Part shown: in pieces, positions 49,880 to 60,602 of the stretch
Layout of the letters: every line of letters begins with the position of its first letter
Position numbering within the stretch: the stretch's first letter is position 1
Origin: an uncultured Methanosarcinales archaeon
Lineage (GTDB): Archaea > Nanobdellota > Nanobdellia > Woesearchaeales > CAYVYK01
DNA length: 64,000 nt
NCBI GenBank assembly: GCA_964455675.1
Contig: CAYVYK010000009.1
Location: forward strand, 1 to 64,000
Reading direction: 5' to 3'
Translations under genes and position numbers: made by a program
Notes under the pieces: generated by a model
Told to the model about the DNA's origin: nothing
What the model saw: the letters and a program-made list of their open reading frames with translations, nothing else
Databases searched by the model: none

Positions 49880-50461
49880 ATGCCGGACCAGAAAGCCTGG
49901 AACATCATCATTCTTGCATTCTCTACAGCCATCTTCATCGGACTTGAACTATACTCAATCACGACAGACTCGCATTACAAGTGGGACTTCATCTTCATCA
50001 TGCTCCTCATGATCGCAGTATTCCTCTACCAGAAACAACTCAATCTCATAGCAGTGCACTACGCGATGTTCTCACTCATGCTCATCCTCCACAACCTCGG
50101 AACATTCAGAACCTATACCATGTTCCCCCTCGGAATGGAATATGACTATTGGGTCCACATCTACGCAGGGCTCATCCTAGCATTTATCTTCGTACGAGCG
50201 ATGGAGTCCCATGTCACATGGCCAAAAGCAGCGATCTATGTGCAAGTACTCATCATCATTCTCGCCATCGCTGCATTCCATGAACTCTTTGAATATGGCG
50301 GAGCGCTCGTCGTAGGAAAAGGAGAAGGAGTCCTCTTCGTTGGCGCAGGAGACATTGACGAATGGGACACGCAGAAAGACATGTTCAACAACCTCCTTGG
50401 AGGATGCATCGGAATTCTCCTTCTCGAAGGATGGCGGCGCATCAGGAAGAAGAACACCTAA
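49880..50461 (+). CDS. DUF2238-like membrane protein
   Basis: LHNLG, YDYWVHIYAG, HELFEY, WDTQKDM. Confidence 0.8.
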   Translation: MPDQKAWNIIILAFSTAIFIGLELYSITTDSHYKWDFIFIMLLMIAVFLYQKQLNLIAVHYAMFSLMLILHNLGTFRTYTMFPLGMEYDYWVHIYAGLILAFIFVRAMESHVTWPKAAIYVQVLIIILAIAAFHELFEYGGALVVGKGEGVLFVGAGDIDEWDTQKDMFNNLLGGCIGILLLEGWRRIRKKNT

Positions 50462-51863
50462 ACAAGTAGTACTTTGTGCCACTGTCAATCCAGCCACTCA
50501 TCTCTGGACTGCATTTTTCTTTGAGGAACTTATAGATATCAGGATCATCGTCAAATAATCCAGGTGACTGGATTACAACAAAGGCAGGAGGATCAAAGTA
50601 GAGCTGACGCAACCAAGCCTCCCTCTCAATGATTCCTGACGAAAACATATCGGACCGTACGTTCGGCCAATTCTGATACACGGACCTATTTGCCTTCAGT
50701 GCGAGAAGCGGAACAAGAGTGCTGAAACCATAGATCTCCTCATCAGGCTCCGAATTCAATCGAATGTGATCCGCCCAGGAAGAGATGTCAGGATACTTTC
50801 GAAAGTCGTAGGTACGCTCGAGCGAGACCCGCGCCAGGATGAAACAGACAAACAAAAGCCCAAGCACGAGCAGGGGCCGTGCATCCTTCTTCTTCAAGAG
50901 ATTGAATAGATTCATCCAGCCAGCGCCAGATGATAGAGCAATAAGAGGAATGGAGGAGAGAATATTCGAGCTTAGAAAAATTCCAATGAACAACGAAACC
51001 GCAAACTGGAGCACGCCTGCAATAGCAAGCATTGAGACGGCGCGATTCTTTTTCGTCACAAGATACAACACCACTCCCGCAAGCAAAGGAATATGAAATT
51101 TCAGCAGGGCGATAAGCTTGTCCTCGAGAGGCTGGCCCGCAAGGAAGCGCAACTGGAATGGGTAGATAACGGCAGGGTACACAAAAGCATACCCCCACAG
51201 GAGGATACACGCAAGGAATGGAAGCACAAATCCAACTCCCGCTCCATAGAGGACGTTGCGGAAACCGACTTTCCGAGAATTCCAGTACCCATAGATGACA
51301 AGAAGGACCAGAGGAACAAAAAAATCAATCCTTGCCAAGAACGCAAGAGAAAAGCAAACCGACGACCAAAAATATGAATCAAAACGCAACAACAAAAACG
51401 CACCGAGGGATACGAAGAACACCGCAAACTGCACTGCGGCAGGATTTGTCGCATCAAGAAGCACCTTAAAACTCAGCACGTACAGCCCCGCACCGAGAAG
51501 ACCAGCCCAACGATCCTTGAAAACGGCCGACAAGGATAAAAAAATGAAGAGCGAAGAGAGCAGCACGATGATGAGCGGAAGAAGCTTGAACACTGTAATA
51601 TTGAAGCCTACGATACCATACAGCCACGAAAAAATATAAAACTTGACGGGCATCTCATCCGTAAAAAAATCAATGTAGGGACTCTTTCCCTCCGTCATGA
51701 TACTCGCGAAATAATAATCATTGTTCTCATACGAATCCTCAAGAAAGACATGGGCGGACTTAATCCACACCACCACAACCCAAAGGAGCAACAAAAAAAC
51801 GAACGGAAACCAGCGATGGTAGGACGTGTACTTACTCTCCCTTCGCGATCTTGCCCGAGACAT
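50442..51863 (-). CDS. GT-C fold membrane glycosyltransferase (ArnT/PMT-like)
   Basis: YENNDYY...EGKSPYIDFFTDEMP; about 11 TM; soluble C-terminal domain. Confidence 0.75.
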   Translation of the reverse strand: MSRARSRRESKYTSYHRWFPFVFLLLLWVVVVWIKSAHVFLEDSYENNDYYFASIMTEGKSPYIDFFTDEMPVKFYIFSWLYGIVGFNITVFKLLPLIIVLLSSLFIFLSLSAVFKDRWAGLLGAGLYVLSFKVLLDATNPAAVQFAVFFVSLGAFLLLRFDSYFWSSVCFSLAFLARIDFFVPLVLLVIYGYWNSRKVGFRNVLYGAGVGFVLPFLACILLWGYAFVYPAVIYPFQLRFLAGQPLEDKLIALLKFHIPLLAGVVLYLVTKKNRAVSMLAIAGVLQFAVSLFIGIFLSSNILSSIPLIALSSGAGWMNLFNLLKKKDARPLLVLGLLFVCFILARVSLERTYDFRKYPDISSWADHIRLNSEPDEEIYGFSTLVPLLALKANRSVYQNWPNVRSDMFSSGIIEREAWLRQLYFDPPAFVVIQSPGLFDDDPDIYKFLKEKCSPEMSGWIDSGTKYYLFRCSSS

Positions 51864-51964
51864 ACCGCAGGGGAAGAACTTATCGCTATATATACCTTGT
51901 TTCCCCCCCTTTTCTCTATACCGTGACGAAAAAGTTAAAAAGTACACTTCCTTTTGACACGGTT

Positions 51965-52381
51965 ATGAAGATACTCCCAAGAATTGAACGATACCAGAGG
52001 TTCCAGGTCTTCCTAGCTAGACACAAGCTTGAGAAAGCATTCCTTGACATGAAGCACCAAGAACTACGCAACGGACTTGAACGGGCAACACGGAAAAAAT
52101 ACCAAGTATTCTGGGTGATGATCGCACTGTACGCACTGCTCTTCTCGTCAGTCATCACGACAGCATTATCCGGAGTATCGTTCTTTCGAGGGATTGGGGA
52201 CGCGCTGATGTCCCTTTCCGGAATCCTTGGAAACGGATTGATCGTCCTTACGATCTACATCTCGCACAGAATCATGGGCGTGTATGACATCGAGCAGAGC
52301 TTCTATATCTCGGCGATCATCGCAAAAATCATGAACAGGGCGGATAGATCACCAGACATTGATCGTCCAAGAAAACATTAA
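51965..52381 (+). CDS. Hypothetical membrane protein
   Basis: 2 TM segments. Confidence 0.65.
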   Translation: MKILPRIERYQRFQVFLARHKLEKAFLDMKHQELRNGLERATRKKYQVFWVMIALYALLFSSVITTALSGVSFFRGIGDALMSLSGILGNGLIVLTIYISHRIMGVYDIEQSFYISAIIAKIMNRADRSPDIDRPRKH

Positions 52382-52638
52382 TAACAAGACAGCCATTTCC
52401 GAGCACTCCTTACACAACTCCATCACCACCGCATATGCGGACAAACCAATTCCACAGGGCTTCCTCACCCACAATCTTGAGCGCAGTCCGCGGGAAAGGG
52501 CCGGAAACACTACTCACATCAAGAGCACCGGTAGAACGAACGAAAGACTCATTCTAGATTAGGCCATAGACGGAACGTATGAGCTTCGTGAGAAACTCAT
52601 CAGATATTCCTACACCAGAACCATTAGGAGAAACCATC

Positions 52639-53112
52639 ATGAACCACCTTCGCAGAGGACACCAACAAGAACTCCTTGTACCAATCGCAATTGTGTGCCT
52701 GCTGATCTCCATCCTCCTGCCATCGATCGCCAGAGTGCGGGAAAACGCGAGATTCAAGACACTGTTCCCTATCGACACCGCTGCATGGAACGAGGGGAAG
52801 GTTAGCACAAAGACTATCCAATTCCTCTCCAAGGACGACGCGGACGACATCAAGGCACTGAAGAAAGGAATCGCCGCCTTAAAGACCACTCCCAAATACA
52901 AAGGTGAAAAACTGCTCATCGACCTTGAGGGCAATATCACCCAAGGCCCGCACCCGATCGGGTACATCCTCATCGCAGGAGAAGGAAGTGCAGTCACTAC
53001 GGAAGACGCAGTGATCATCACATTCACGGCATACCACGGTGGAAAGTACACGATCAGCGTGAGGAACGACAAGATGGGCAACTACATTATTGAACATGCG
53101 CCAAGCAAGTGA
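52639..53112 (+). CDS. Protein with a degenerate prepilin/pseudopilin-like N-terminal helix
   Basis: RRGHQQELLVPIAIVCLLISILLPSIARVRENAR; SD aggag. Confidence 0.65.
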   Translation: MNHLRRGHQQELLVPIAIVCLLISILLPSIARVRENARFKTLFPIDTAAWNEGKVSTKTIQFLSKDDADDIKALKKGIAALKTTPKYKGEKLLIDLEGNITQGPHPIGYILIAGEGSAVTTEDAVIITFTAYHGGKYTISVRNDKMGNYIIEHAPSK

Positions 53113-53133
53113 CGGCACGCTCCAGCACTCGCC

Positions 53134-53173
53134 AAAAAAATCCTTCACACCCCTGGTGCTGGGGGATTTTTTT
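53134..53173. terminator. Hairpin flanked by A and T tracts (intrinsic terminator-like)
   Basis: aaaaaaatcc...ggattttttt. Confidence 0.5.
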
Positions 53174-53260
53174 GCAGTCTTTATTTTCTATATAGATACG
53201 TATTATGGATACTGACCTGGAGCACAAACTATATAAATCGCCGGCAGACTCTTCGTCACC

Positions 53261-53449
53261 ATGGCAAAAGAAGGAGCAAAAGGCAAGAAAGGCGGCAAAT
53301 CACGACAACTCTGGAAACTCTACCAAGTACAGGGAGACAAAGTCGTGCGCAAGAACAAGTACTCTCCAAAGTCACCAGGAGACTTCCTCGCCGAGCACAA
53401 GGATCGAAGAACGTGCGGCAAGACAGGATACATGGAGAAAAAAGTTTAA
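53261..53449 (+). CDS. rps27ae: 30S ribosomal protein S27ae (eS31), variant lacking most Zn ligands
   Basis: WKLYQVQGDKVVRKNKYSPKSPGDFLAEHKDRRTCGKTGYME. Confidence 0.9.
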   Translation: MAKEGAKGKKGGKSRQLWKLYQVQGDKVVRKNKYSPKSPGDFLAEHKDRRTCGKTGYMEKKV

Positions 53450-53493
53450 GATTAAAGCACATCCTTAAAAATGGATTTTCTTCTTCACACTGC

Positions 53494-54051
53494 ATGAGAT
53501 ACACAATACTATTTGGCATACTAGCCATTCTGGCACTTGCCAGCTGCGCGCAACCACCATCAGATGTTCCGCGCGCACAGATCAGCACAACACCAGCAGA
53601 GACACTCTCCGCGACACAAAACAAGCCGGCGGACATGACACTCAGTTCGTTTGAGTTCGAAGGATACGGGCCGGGAAAATCACACATCGGAACATTCGAA
53701 GAATGGGAAGGAACACTCCTCTATGAAGGCGAGACGATCAAAGGATTCACAGGAACGATCAACGCAGGCAGTGTGAACACAACCATCGAACGACTCGACG
53801 CTCACCTGAAGACGGAAGATTTCTTCGACGTCGCACTGTACCCGGAAATCGTATTTGAGACGATGAGCATCAACGAAGGAACGGCAAGTGGAAAGCTCAC
53901 GTTCCACGGAGTAACACACGACATCAGCTTCCCAGTAACGGTAAGCGACGCAGGCGTCACATCAGAGTTCCTCCTTGACACGACACCATTCAACATCAAG
54001 TACACCGGGATCAACAAGGACGTACGGATAAAATTCATGCTAGCGCCGTAA
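53494..54051 (+). CDS. YceI family lipoprotein
   Basis: Lipobox LASC; SVNT..ERLDAHLKTEDFFDVALYPEI.F; GKLTFHGVT. Confidence 0.92.
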   Translation: MRYTILFGILAILALASCAQPPSDVPRAQISTTPAETLSATQNKPADMTLSSFEFEGYGPGKSHIGTFEEWEGTLLYEGETIKGFTGTINAGSVNTTIERLDAHLKTEDFFDVALYPEIVFETMSINEGTASGKLTFHGVTHDISFPVTVSDAGVTSEFLLDTTPFNIKYTGINKDVRIKFMLAP

Positions 54052-54077
54052 AGATCATGGTACATTGAGAAGACTTA

Positions 54078-54686
54078 TTACAATCCAGGAAACGATCTCG
54101 TCGTGGAGCAGCCAGCAAACGCAGAAGGCCTATCAAGATAGTTCCATTGATCGGACTGCACACTGAGGATGTCACCGACAAAATACCAGACGGAACCTTC
54201 GCCAACACCTTGCCTACGTAGCATGTCATGCGCACGACGCATGGTACTACCAGACTCCCAGAGATCATCTGCAATAACATAGACAAGGGAAGGATCGGTG
54301 ATGTGCGGAATACACTCTTCCCTTCTCCGCCGGTCACCAAGCATATGGTACGCAACAAGCGCAGCTGTAGGCATCCTGTCTGCCATACTTTTAATCATGG
54401 GCAATACCAAAGCAACCGAGCCAACACTTACGGGAGGAATGTATGGGTACACCCTTTCTCTTGGAATAGCTGGCGAAATCAGATCAGCGTACTGCGGTTT
54501 CCAGAGCTCGCCATTCATTCCAAACCTTGATGTTGAGACTACCTCAACAACACCAATCTGATCAACGGACGTCTCTCTCAGGAGCGCTGCCAAGCCATCC
54601 TTGAGGTACATCGGAACCATATTACTTGAGAGTCGCTCATCATTTTTAAAGCTACCGTCGGCACTCGCCACAGAAGGATTATACAA
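54078..54686 (-). CDS. Phosphoribosyltransferase-like protein (start uncertain)
   Basis: PRPP-binding-like VYVIADDLWESGSTM. Confidence 0.6.
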   Translation of the reverse strand: MYNPSVASADGSFKNDERLSSNMVPMYLKDGLAALLRETSVDQIGVVEVVSTSRFGMNGELWKPQYADLISPAIPRERVYPYIPPVSVGSVALVLPMIKSMADRMPTAALVAYHMLGDRRRREECIPHITDPSLVYVIADDLWESGSTMRRAHDMLRRQGVGEGSVWYFVGDILSVQSDQWNYLDRPSAFAGCSTTRSFPGL

Positions 54687-56712
54687 GCGGATCCAGTTCT
54701 AACTCCCTCACGGTCGTGGGGATGGCGCCATTTGAAATCGCGGTCAGGATTTCCGCACGATAATGATCCGGAAGGGAAGGATCCTCGACGAGCACGGGAC
54801 CATCACGGTAATAGATGTTCCACGGATGGTCGAGCGTGATGATGTACGAGCGGTACTTGATCATCTCCTTTACGTCATGCAGCGACAGGGGACCACCATA
54901 GCTCCCACCGCTCCAAGGCTTATGCACGATCGGATACCAGGAAACTCTCCCGGCATATGGGGAGGACTGTGAATAATACGAAAATCCGAGCTCCCAGAGC
55001 GTCCTTGCATACGCATCTTCAGAACCAAGCACACTCAAGTATGGTGCCCTGAACCCGTACACTGTCGTGTTAAAGAATTCCTCAAGAAAGATCTTTGATT
55101 CATAGATCTCACGCCGACCGAGTTCAGGACCCACAAGATTCAAGTTCGTATGATACCTTGTATGCGAACCAACTTCCATCAAACCATTCTGCACTAGTGC
55201 TTTTGAGCGATCAACAAGCACAGGATCAAGGATCGCAAACGCGAGCAAGTCTTTCTTTGTAAAATAATTTGTGGTTGGGATACCATAACGCTCGGAATAC
55301 CCAACAATCTCTCGAAATCCGAGCAGACCTGAAACCTGAGGATACGGGAACTCATCATGAAGATACGGGGACGCACGAGGGGACATCCAGGCAACAATCG
55401 CAGGACTAGAGCACAGAAGTTCATCATCCGCAAGGCCAAGCGAATAGTTCGCGTCAGTGCAGGGCGAGAGGGCTCCCGATGCTGCAATGTCAGAAACATA
55501 TCTTCCGGATTCGATGTCAAAAGAGAAGGCAATGTCGAGCCTGCGCTTGGCATGATTCAGATCAGGAAGAACAAAAGAGAACGATGAGGAACCGAGGATA
55601 TCCCGCACGACTAGATCAGTAATATCAGCATCACCGATCGAACGAGGGATCGCCCCCGATAATACTGACCGATAGCAGTCGCCGACGCTAGGAACAGCAG
55701 CTCCCTCGACAAACACCTGATCCCTTGGAATGAAGAATGTACGAACCGACACATTCATTGCATCATAGGTCATGATTTCGCACCAGAGGAAAAGCATCTT
55801 ACCAGGAGAGAGTACCTCATCCCTCTGGAACAGATAGAATTGATCCGGAAACCCGAGGTCGTCCTCATCCAAAAGATTCCTTGCGGAGAAATTCAGATAG
55901 TCATGCAAAAAATTCTGCACGTATCCGGCTTCATTATCAGAAAGAATAAGAAACTGGTCACCAGGATCAAGAATAACATTCCTTGAAACTAGACCGTCCA
56001 CCAGAAAAGCATCACCGTGAAATTCCACGTCAGAGGAAAAGAGACCGTCTTCTGCATGAATGAAGTAATCACCGTACATCAGAAGTTGAGGCGACGGATA
56101 TACCTCCGAAACCAACTCGCCAAGGACATTCCTACCGCGAACGGACAATGAAGGGGAAAGATTGAGATACGTTGTCGGATCATGGAACTCGAATGCAGCG
56201 AGATCAATATACTTAGGATCAAGCACGACCACCTGTCGGACAATCCTATTCCACCTGATGCCGAAGGGCACGGAAACCTGGTACTCTTTTGGCACAAACC
56301 CAACCGAATGCACAACGACATGATACGAACCCTTCCACAACGTTAAATTGAGAACGCCCCTCGTGCCATTGAACACCGTACGGTTCTGGTCATCCTGCAA
56401 CGTGATCCTCGCAAGGATTGGATTTTCGAGGGAATTCTGGATCTCGACATCATACCGAAAAGGCCAGAACAGATACGCGAGCGCAATCGCAACGACCACG
56501 ACGACAAAACAGATAATCCAGATATAGCGCGGCATTCCTCGCTGCAGAGCCAAATATATTCCGCAAGTCAAACCAGTAAGACCAACACAGAGGATTGCGG
56601 ACCACAGTACAAAATATCCCCCCCGAATACCAAGAAAACCAATAATGGATAGAGAGAGCACCATACTTGCGGCAAGCAGTGCACGAGTTGTCTTCATCTC
56701 AGTATACCTCAT
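54679..56712 (-). CDS. Membrane-anchored polysaccharide deacetylase (CE4/NodB-like)
   Basis: FSFDIE, EVGSHTRYH, GFRAPYL; 3 N-terminal TM. Confidence 0.85.
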   Translation of the reverse strand: MRYTEMKTTRALLAASMVLSLSIIGFLGIRGGYFVLWSAILCVGLTGLTCGIYLALQRGMPRYIWIICFVVVVVAIALAYLFWPFRYDVEIQNSLENPILARITLQDDQNRTVFNGTRGVLNLTLWKGSYHVVVHSVGFVPKEYQVSVPFGIRWNRIVRQVVVLDPKYIDLAAFEFHDPTTYLNLSPSLSVRGRNVLGELVSEVYPSPQLLMYGDYFIHAEDGLFSSDVEFHGDAFLVDGLVSRNVILDPGDQFLILSDNEAGYVQNFLHDYLNFSARNLLDEDDLGFPDQFYLFQRDEVLSPGKMLFLWCEIMTYDAMNVSVRTFFIPRDQVFVEGAAVPSVGDCYRSVLSGAIPRSIGDADITDLVVRDILGSSSFSFVLPDLNHAKRRLDIAFSFDIESGRYVSDIAASGALSPCTDANYSLGLADDELLCSSPAIVAWMSPRASPYLHDEFPYPQVSGLLGFREIVGYSERYGIPTTNYFTKKDLLAFAILDPVLVDRSKALVQNGLMEVGSHTRYHTNLNLVGPELGRREIYESKIFLEEFFNTTVYGFRAPYLSVLGSEDAYARTLWELGFSYYSQSSPYAGRVSWYPIVHKPWSGGSYGGPLSLHDVKEMIKYRSYIITLDHPWNIYYRDGPVLVEDPSLPDHYRAEILTAISNGAIPTTVRELELDPLV

Positions 56713-56797
56713 CGCCCTCCCCCGAAGTCCAGTTTTTTAAACTTTCTTGATCCTCTACCATCTCTTGCGCACGAGCAGGATCGACTCATTACCTTCA

Positions 56798-57835
56798 TCA
56801 GATTATATCACTAATCTTGTGAACAGCAAGTGTTGACCAAAACATGTTGCCATACCTATTCGTTCCTGGAGTAACGCTGTGGACAGACAATTGGTCACCC
56901 GGCTGGTACCACGTGATCGTCGAAAACTGATGGTCATAATAGGTGAGGCCGCTCGTCGCGTTCCTCACGCCGTAGCCGAGGCTATTCTGAACACTCCCTG
57001 TGTTCCTTCGCAGCTCGACTTCTGTGCGCTCAACATCTGATAGGTCCGAAACAACAACGTTTACAAACACCTCGTAGTACCCTTCTTTTTGTATCGTGAT
57101 GAATTCCTGACCCTGCTCCCAGGCAAACGTGGATGGATCTATGTTGAAGTCCTGCATATCCCAGATGTAGGGGCCAGGACCCTGACGCGTGGGGCTATGC
57201 ACCCACCGCCCAACAGCAGTTGTACTTTGTTCTACCGGCTGCCACGTACCCTTCCCCTCACTATCAGAAGTCAATACAAAACCTTGCGAGGCACCAGTCG
57301 GCATCACGAAACCAGTGGATTTCACAGTACCTGCCACATCCAGACACTCAGCGGGATTTGAAACCCCGATACCAAAGTATCCCGCATTTGTCAATGCCGC
57401 CAGTTCTGCCTGAGCACCACTCACCTTTAGCTTGTTTTCAGAACCGTCATAGAACACAACGAATCTGTCAGAATCTTTCAATCGGAAATGGATCTTGCCA
57501 TCAGCCTGCTCAAACCTCGTCGTCAAAAAAATTTCAGGATTCCAGTACCCGATCAGATTCAACCGTGCTTCGGAAGACGATGATGAACCCTTGATCTCTA
57601 CCTTGTTCTTTGGCTGGTTCGTGCCGATGCCCACATTCCCCGTCGGAATTGCATACATATTCGGCGCACTCGACCAGTAGTTCCAGTCATTGTCCTGACC
57701 TTTCGGTTCACCGTCGGTATCTGATATGTCCTCTACGGTCTCACCAGACACTTCGGCAAGTTCTGGAACGTCGTCTGCATACACACCGCCCAGTACTACA
57801 AACACCACGAATCCTAGTAGAATTCCTTTGTTCAT
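56798..57835 (-). CDS. Secreted fibre-like protein with C-terminal C1q/TNF-like domain
   Basis: Signal peptide; GNVGIGT and GYFGIGV repeats; VLTSDSEGKGTW; ITIQKEGYYEV...PGDQLSV. Confidence 0.7.
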   Translation of the reverse strand: MNKGILLGFVVFVVLGGVYADDVPELAEVSGETVEDISDTDGEPKGQDNDWNYWSSAPNMYAIPTGNVGIGTNQPKNKVEIKGSSSSSEARLNLIGYWNPEIFLTTRFEQADGKIHFRLKDSDRFVVFYDGSENKLKVSGAQAELAALTNAGYFGIGVSNPAECLDVAGTVKSTGFVMPTGASQGFVLTSDSEGKGTWQPVEQSTTAVGRWVHSPTRQGPGPYIWDMQDFNIDPSTFAWEQGQEFITIQKEGYYEVFVNVVVSDLSDVERTEVELRRNTGSVQNSLGYGVRNATSGLTYYDHQFSTITWYQPGDQLSVHSVTPGTNRYGNMFWSTLAVHKISDII

Positions 57836-57931
57836 AACAACCCCCCCAAGAGAGCCCAAAGAAGACGACTATATAAACAATATCACAGACAATAACAAAA
57901 ACAGTGACAAAGGTTTAGCAAGTATGCCAAG

Positions 57932-59170
57932 CTACGATGACACAACATGGGAAACTTGCACCGCAGCATGCTCGCGGGGCGTTCGCACACTCTCGATAAT
58001 ATCCAGATACGCCGGCAGGTAACTATCCGCAGAAAACCTGCGCACCCACAGCGCCTGGAGCTCATGCGCGCTGTATTTCCTTTTGTCAAATGAACGGATC
58101 ACGCGCTGCAAATCCCCCATATCCTTGTATTTGAAGATGAGATTGCTGTCAACTTGGCGAATCAAGTCAGGAATCCCTCCAATGGCAGGACCAATCGCAG
58201 GGATGCCCATGGAATACGCTTCGAGGATGGTGTTCGGACAATTGTCTGGACACTCAGAAGAGAGCACCAACGCTTCCGCCATGGAGTACCAAGCAAAAAG
58301 ATCAGATTGATTCAGAAATCCAAGCAGATGAATGTTCGCAATCCTATTTTTCCGAAGGTACGACTTTATCTCGTTCTCGAGAACACCAGTCCCTGCCATG
58401 TACAGACGCTGATCGGGCATTTTACAAAACGCACGAATCAGCGACCAGACACCTTTCCCTCTCTGCAGCATCCCCACAAAAAGGAAGAACGGGTGGAGAG
58501 GAGCATCATGCTTGGCGATACTTTTTGGACCATGGATAAAGTTTGGTAGGACGACAATAGTATTCTTGATTCCCTGACGCATATAAAACTGCTTGATGTA
58601 ATCGGATGGGGCGATTATTGTGTGGATATGGGACAAACCACGCCTCAATACATCCGTAAATCGCCAGATTTGCACCGGACGATGGTTCTTCAACATACAC
58701 ACCGCACACGTCTCGGGACTAACGGATTTTGAGCAAATCCTGCCGCTCTCAAAAAAATCGTTCATTCCGCACGTGAGCCAGTGATCATGGGCCGTATACA
58801 ATTTTGGCGCGTCACCCCAAAAGAAGATCTGAGGACCGAGCAAGGAAATATTGTGATAGTGAATGACATCAAAATCCTGCGCGAAAACCTTCCTCGCGCC
58901 CGAACTCAAAGGCATACCACCAAAAACATAGGAATGAAGGGGACCATACCTTCCAAGAGTCGTGCGAATATTATGCAAAACCACATTCTGATGGTTAGGG
59001 TAGTCCTTTTTAACACCAGGCTTTCTAATCAAGCGATATGCGTCCTCGGAAAATAGCACATGAACCTCATGCCCACGCTCCGCAAGAGCGTTTGCCAAAT
59101 AGTACACATGCGTGCAGCCGCCCCCCACATGAAAAGGAGGATAAAATGAGGTCACCATGAGGATCTTCAA
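57932..59170 (-). CDS. Glycosyltransferase family 4
   Basis: FYPP..VGG, HDHW, FVG.L...KG, DNCPNTILEAYSMG.P. Confidence 0.92.
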   Translation of the reverse strand: MKILMVTSFYPPFHVGGGCTHVYYLANALAERGHEVHVLFSEDAYRLIRKPGVKKDYPNHQNVVLHNIRTTLGRYGPLHSYVFGGMPLSSGARKVFAQDFDVIHYHNISLLGPQIFFWGDAPKLYTAHDHWLTCGMNDFFESGRICSKSVSPETCAVCMLKNHRPVQIWRFTDVLRRGLSHIHTIIAPSDYIKQFYMRQGIKNTIVVLPNFIHGPKSIAKHDAPLHPFFLFVGMLQRGKGVWSLIRAFCKMPDQRLYMAGTGVLENEIKSYLRKNRIANIHLLGFLNQSDLFAWYSMAEALVLSSECPDNCPNTILEAYSMGIPAIGPAIGGIPDLIRQVDSNLIFKYKDMGDLQRVIRSFDKRKYSAHELQALWVRRFSADSYLPAYLDIIESVRTPREHAAVQVSHVVSS

Positions 59171-60327
59171 CTGAGCACCTCATCATAGAATCTTCTCGTT
59201 TTTTCCGCCATGACCTTTGAGTCATATCTCTCAAGCGCGGCCTTTCGCCCAGCAGAACCCATCTTCGCGCGCAAGGATTCATCACGAAGCAGCGAGCGAA
59301 TTCTCTCGGAAAGCCTTGCGCTATCACCGACAGGAACGAGATAGCCAGTTTTGCCCTGCTGCACGAGCTCAGGAATTCCCCCAACAGGAGTTGAAATCAC
59401 AGGAAGACCAGAAGCCATCGCCTCAATGATTGTCAGGGGAAGAGTCTCACTTAAGCTAGGGAGCACAAGAATATCAGCATGGTTGTACAAGCGATGAATG
59501 TCCTCATACTTCACGTACTGCAGGAATTTTGCATGCTTCCTTGACAGGGGATCCATCTTCTGCCTCCAATGCGTGATGTTCCCAGAACCTGCAAACACAA
59601 ACTCGCACTCGTCCGTACGCAGGACGTCCCGCATGCTCCGTATCAGGATGTCAAGACCTTTAATCGTCAAGAGACGACCGCAAAAAAGGACGACGGGCTT
59701 CCTATTCGCTGATTTCCTTGGGCGAAAACGCATCGTGTCAACACCATTTGGAATCACACGAGCCTTCTTTCCTCTCGGAAGAAATTTCGTGATCCAGTCA
59801 GAGACAGCAATAAAGTTGCTTGAACGCCGGAAATACAACGATTCCAACGCCGCAATGACTGGATAGGTCACGCGTGCCCAGCGCTCGGGACTAGTTGCCG
59901 GAAGAAAGAGAGGAATTTGCCCATTGATGTGGCTCTGGCTCTTCAACGTCGTGTGGATGGTCGTGACGCTTGGGAGGAGCGGAGGAAAAAACTTAAGGCC
60001 AATGTCCGGCATGTGGACGATGTTTGCGGAATGCAGCAAGTCAAAATGCTCCCGCTTCTGCAACGAAGAAAAATTCGCCAGGACTGATAGCTGAAACTTC
60101 GGATTGTAGAGAAATCCGTCATTCGCCGTCGAGAGATTATGGATCGTAATCCGATCATCAAAAAACGCAGAAACATCCCTTTTACTGTAGGAGTCCCCAC
60201 GTTTTGGAGTGATCACGTGGATATCAAGCTTTGGATCACGCGAGAGCTGACGGATTAACTCGACAGAATAAGTACCAACACCGCCCCACGTTGGCAGAAA
60301 CTCCGGAGCAAGATAAGCGATCTTCAT
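59167..60327 (-). CDS. Glycosyltransferase family 4
   Basis: IPNGVD, GRL...KG, PSLSETLPLTIIEAMASGLPV. Confidence 0.94.
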   Translation of the reverse strand: MKIAYLAPEFLPTWGGVGTYSVELIRQLSRDPKLDIHVITPKRGDSYSKRDVSAFFDDRITIHNLSTANDGFLYNPKFQLSVLANFSSLQKREHFDLLHSANIVHMPDIGLKFFPPLLPSVTTIHTTLKSQSHINGQIPLFLPATSPERWARVTYPVIAALESLYFRRSSNFIAVSDWITKFLPRGKKARVIPNGVDTMRFRPRKSANRKPVVLFCGRLLTIKGLDILIRSMRDVLRTDECEFVFAGSGNITHWRQKMDPLSRKHAKFLQYVKYEDIHRLYNHADILVLPSLSETLPLTIIEAMASGLPVISTPVGGIPELVQQGKTGYLVPVGDSARLSERIRSLLRDESLRAKMGSAGRKAALERYDSKVMAEKTRRFYDEVLS

Positions 60328-60602
60328 GCAGACCTCCCAAGCGCCTGAATCGTGATGATGATAAGGAAAACAGCACTCAATCCGAACGTACACATCAGAA
60401 CCGAAAAGCTTGTAATCGCTCCCAATCCAAACATTCTGCCAAATAGCGTCAGAATCATGAAGCAGATAAACAAAATCGCAGTATTCAAGCCAAATGACAA
60501 CATGATACGCTCATAGGGCCCCTGCGTACGCAAGAGGATCAAACTCAACAGAAAACCGGGTACGAACAGTGTGAAGAGCACGAGAAAGATTTGAAGGATC
60601 AT
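60324..60602 (-). CDS. DUF1616-like small membrane protein
   Basis: LFVPGFLLS...ERIMLSFGL. Confidence 0.7.
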   Translation of the reverse strand: MILQIFLVLFTLFVPGFLLSLILLRTQGPYERIMLSFGLNTAILFICFMILTLFGRMFGLGAITSFSVLMCTFGLSAVFLIIITIQALGRSA

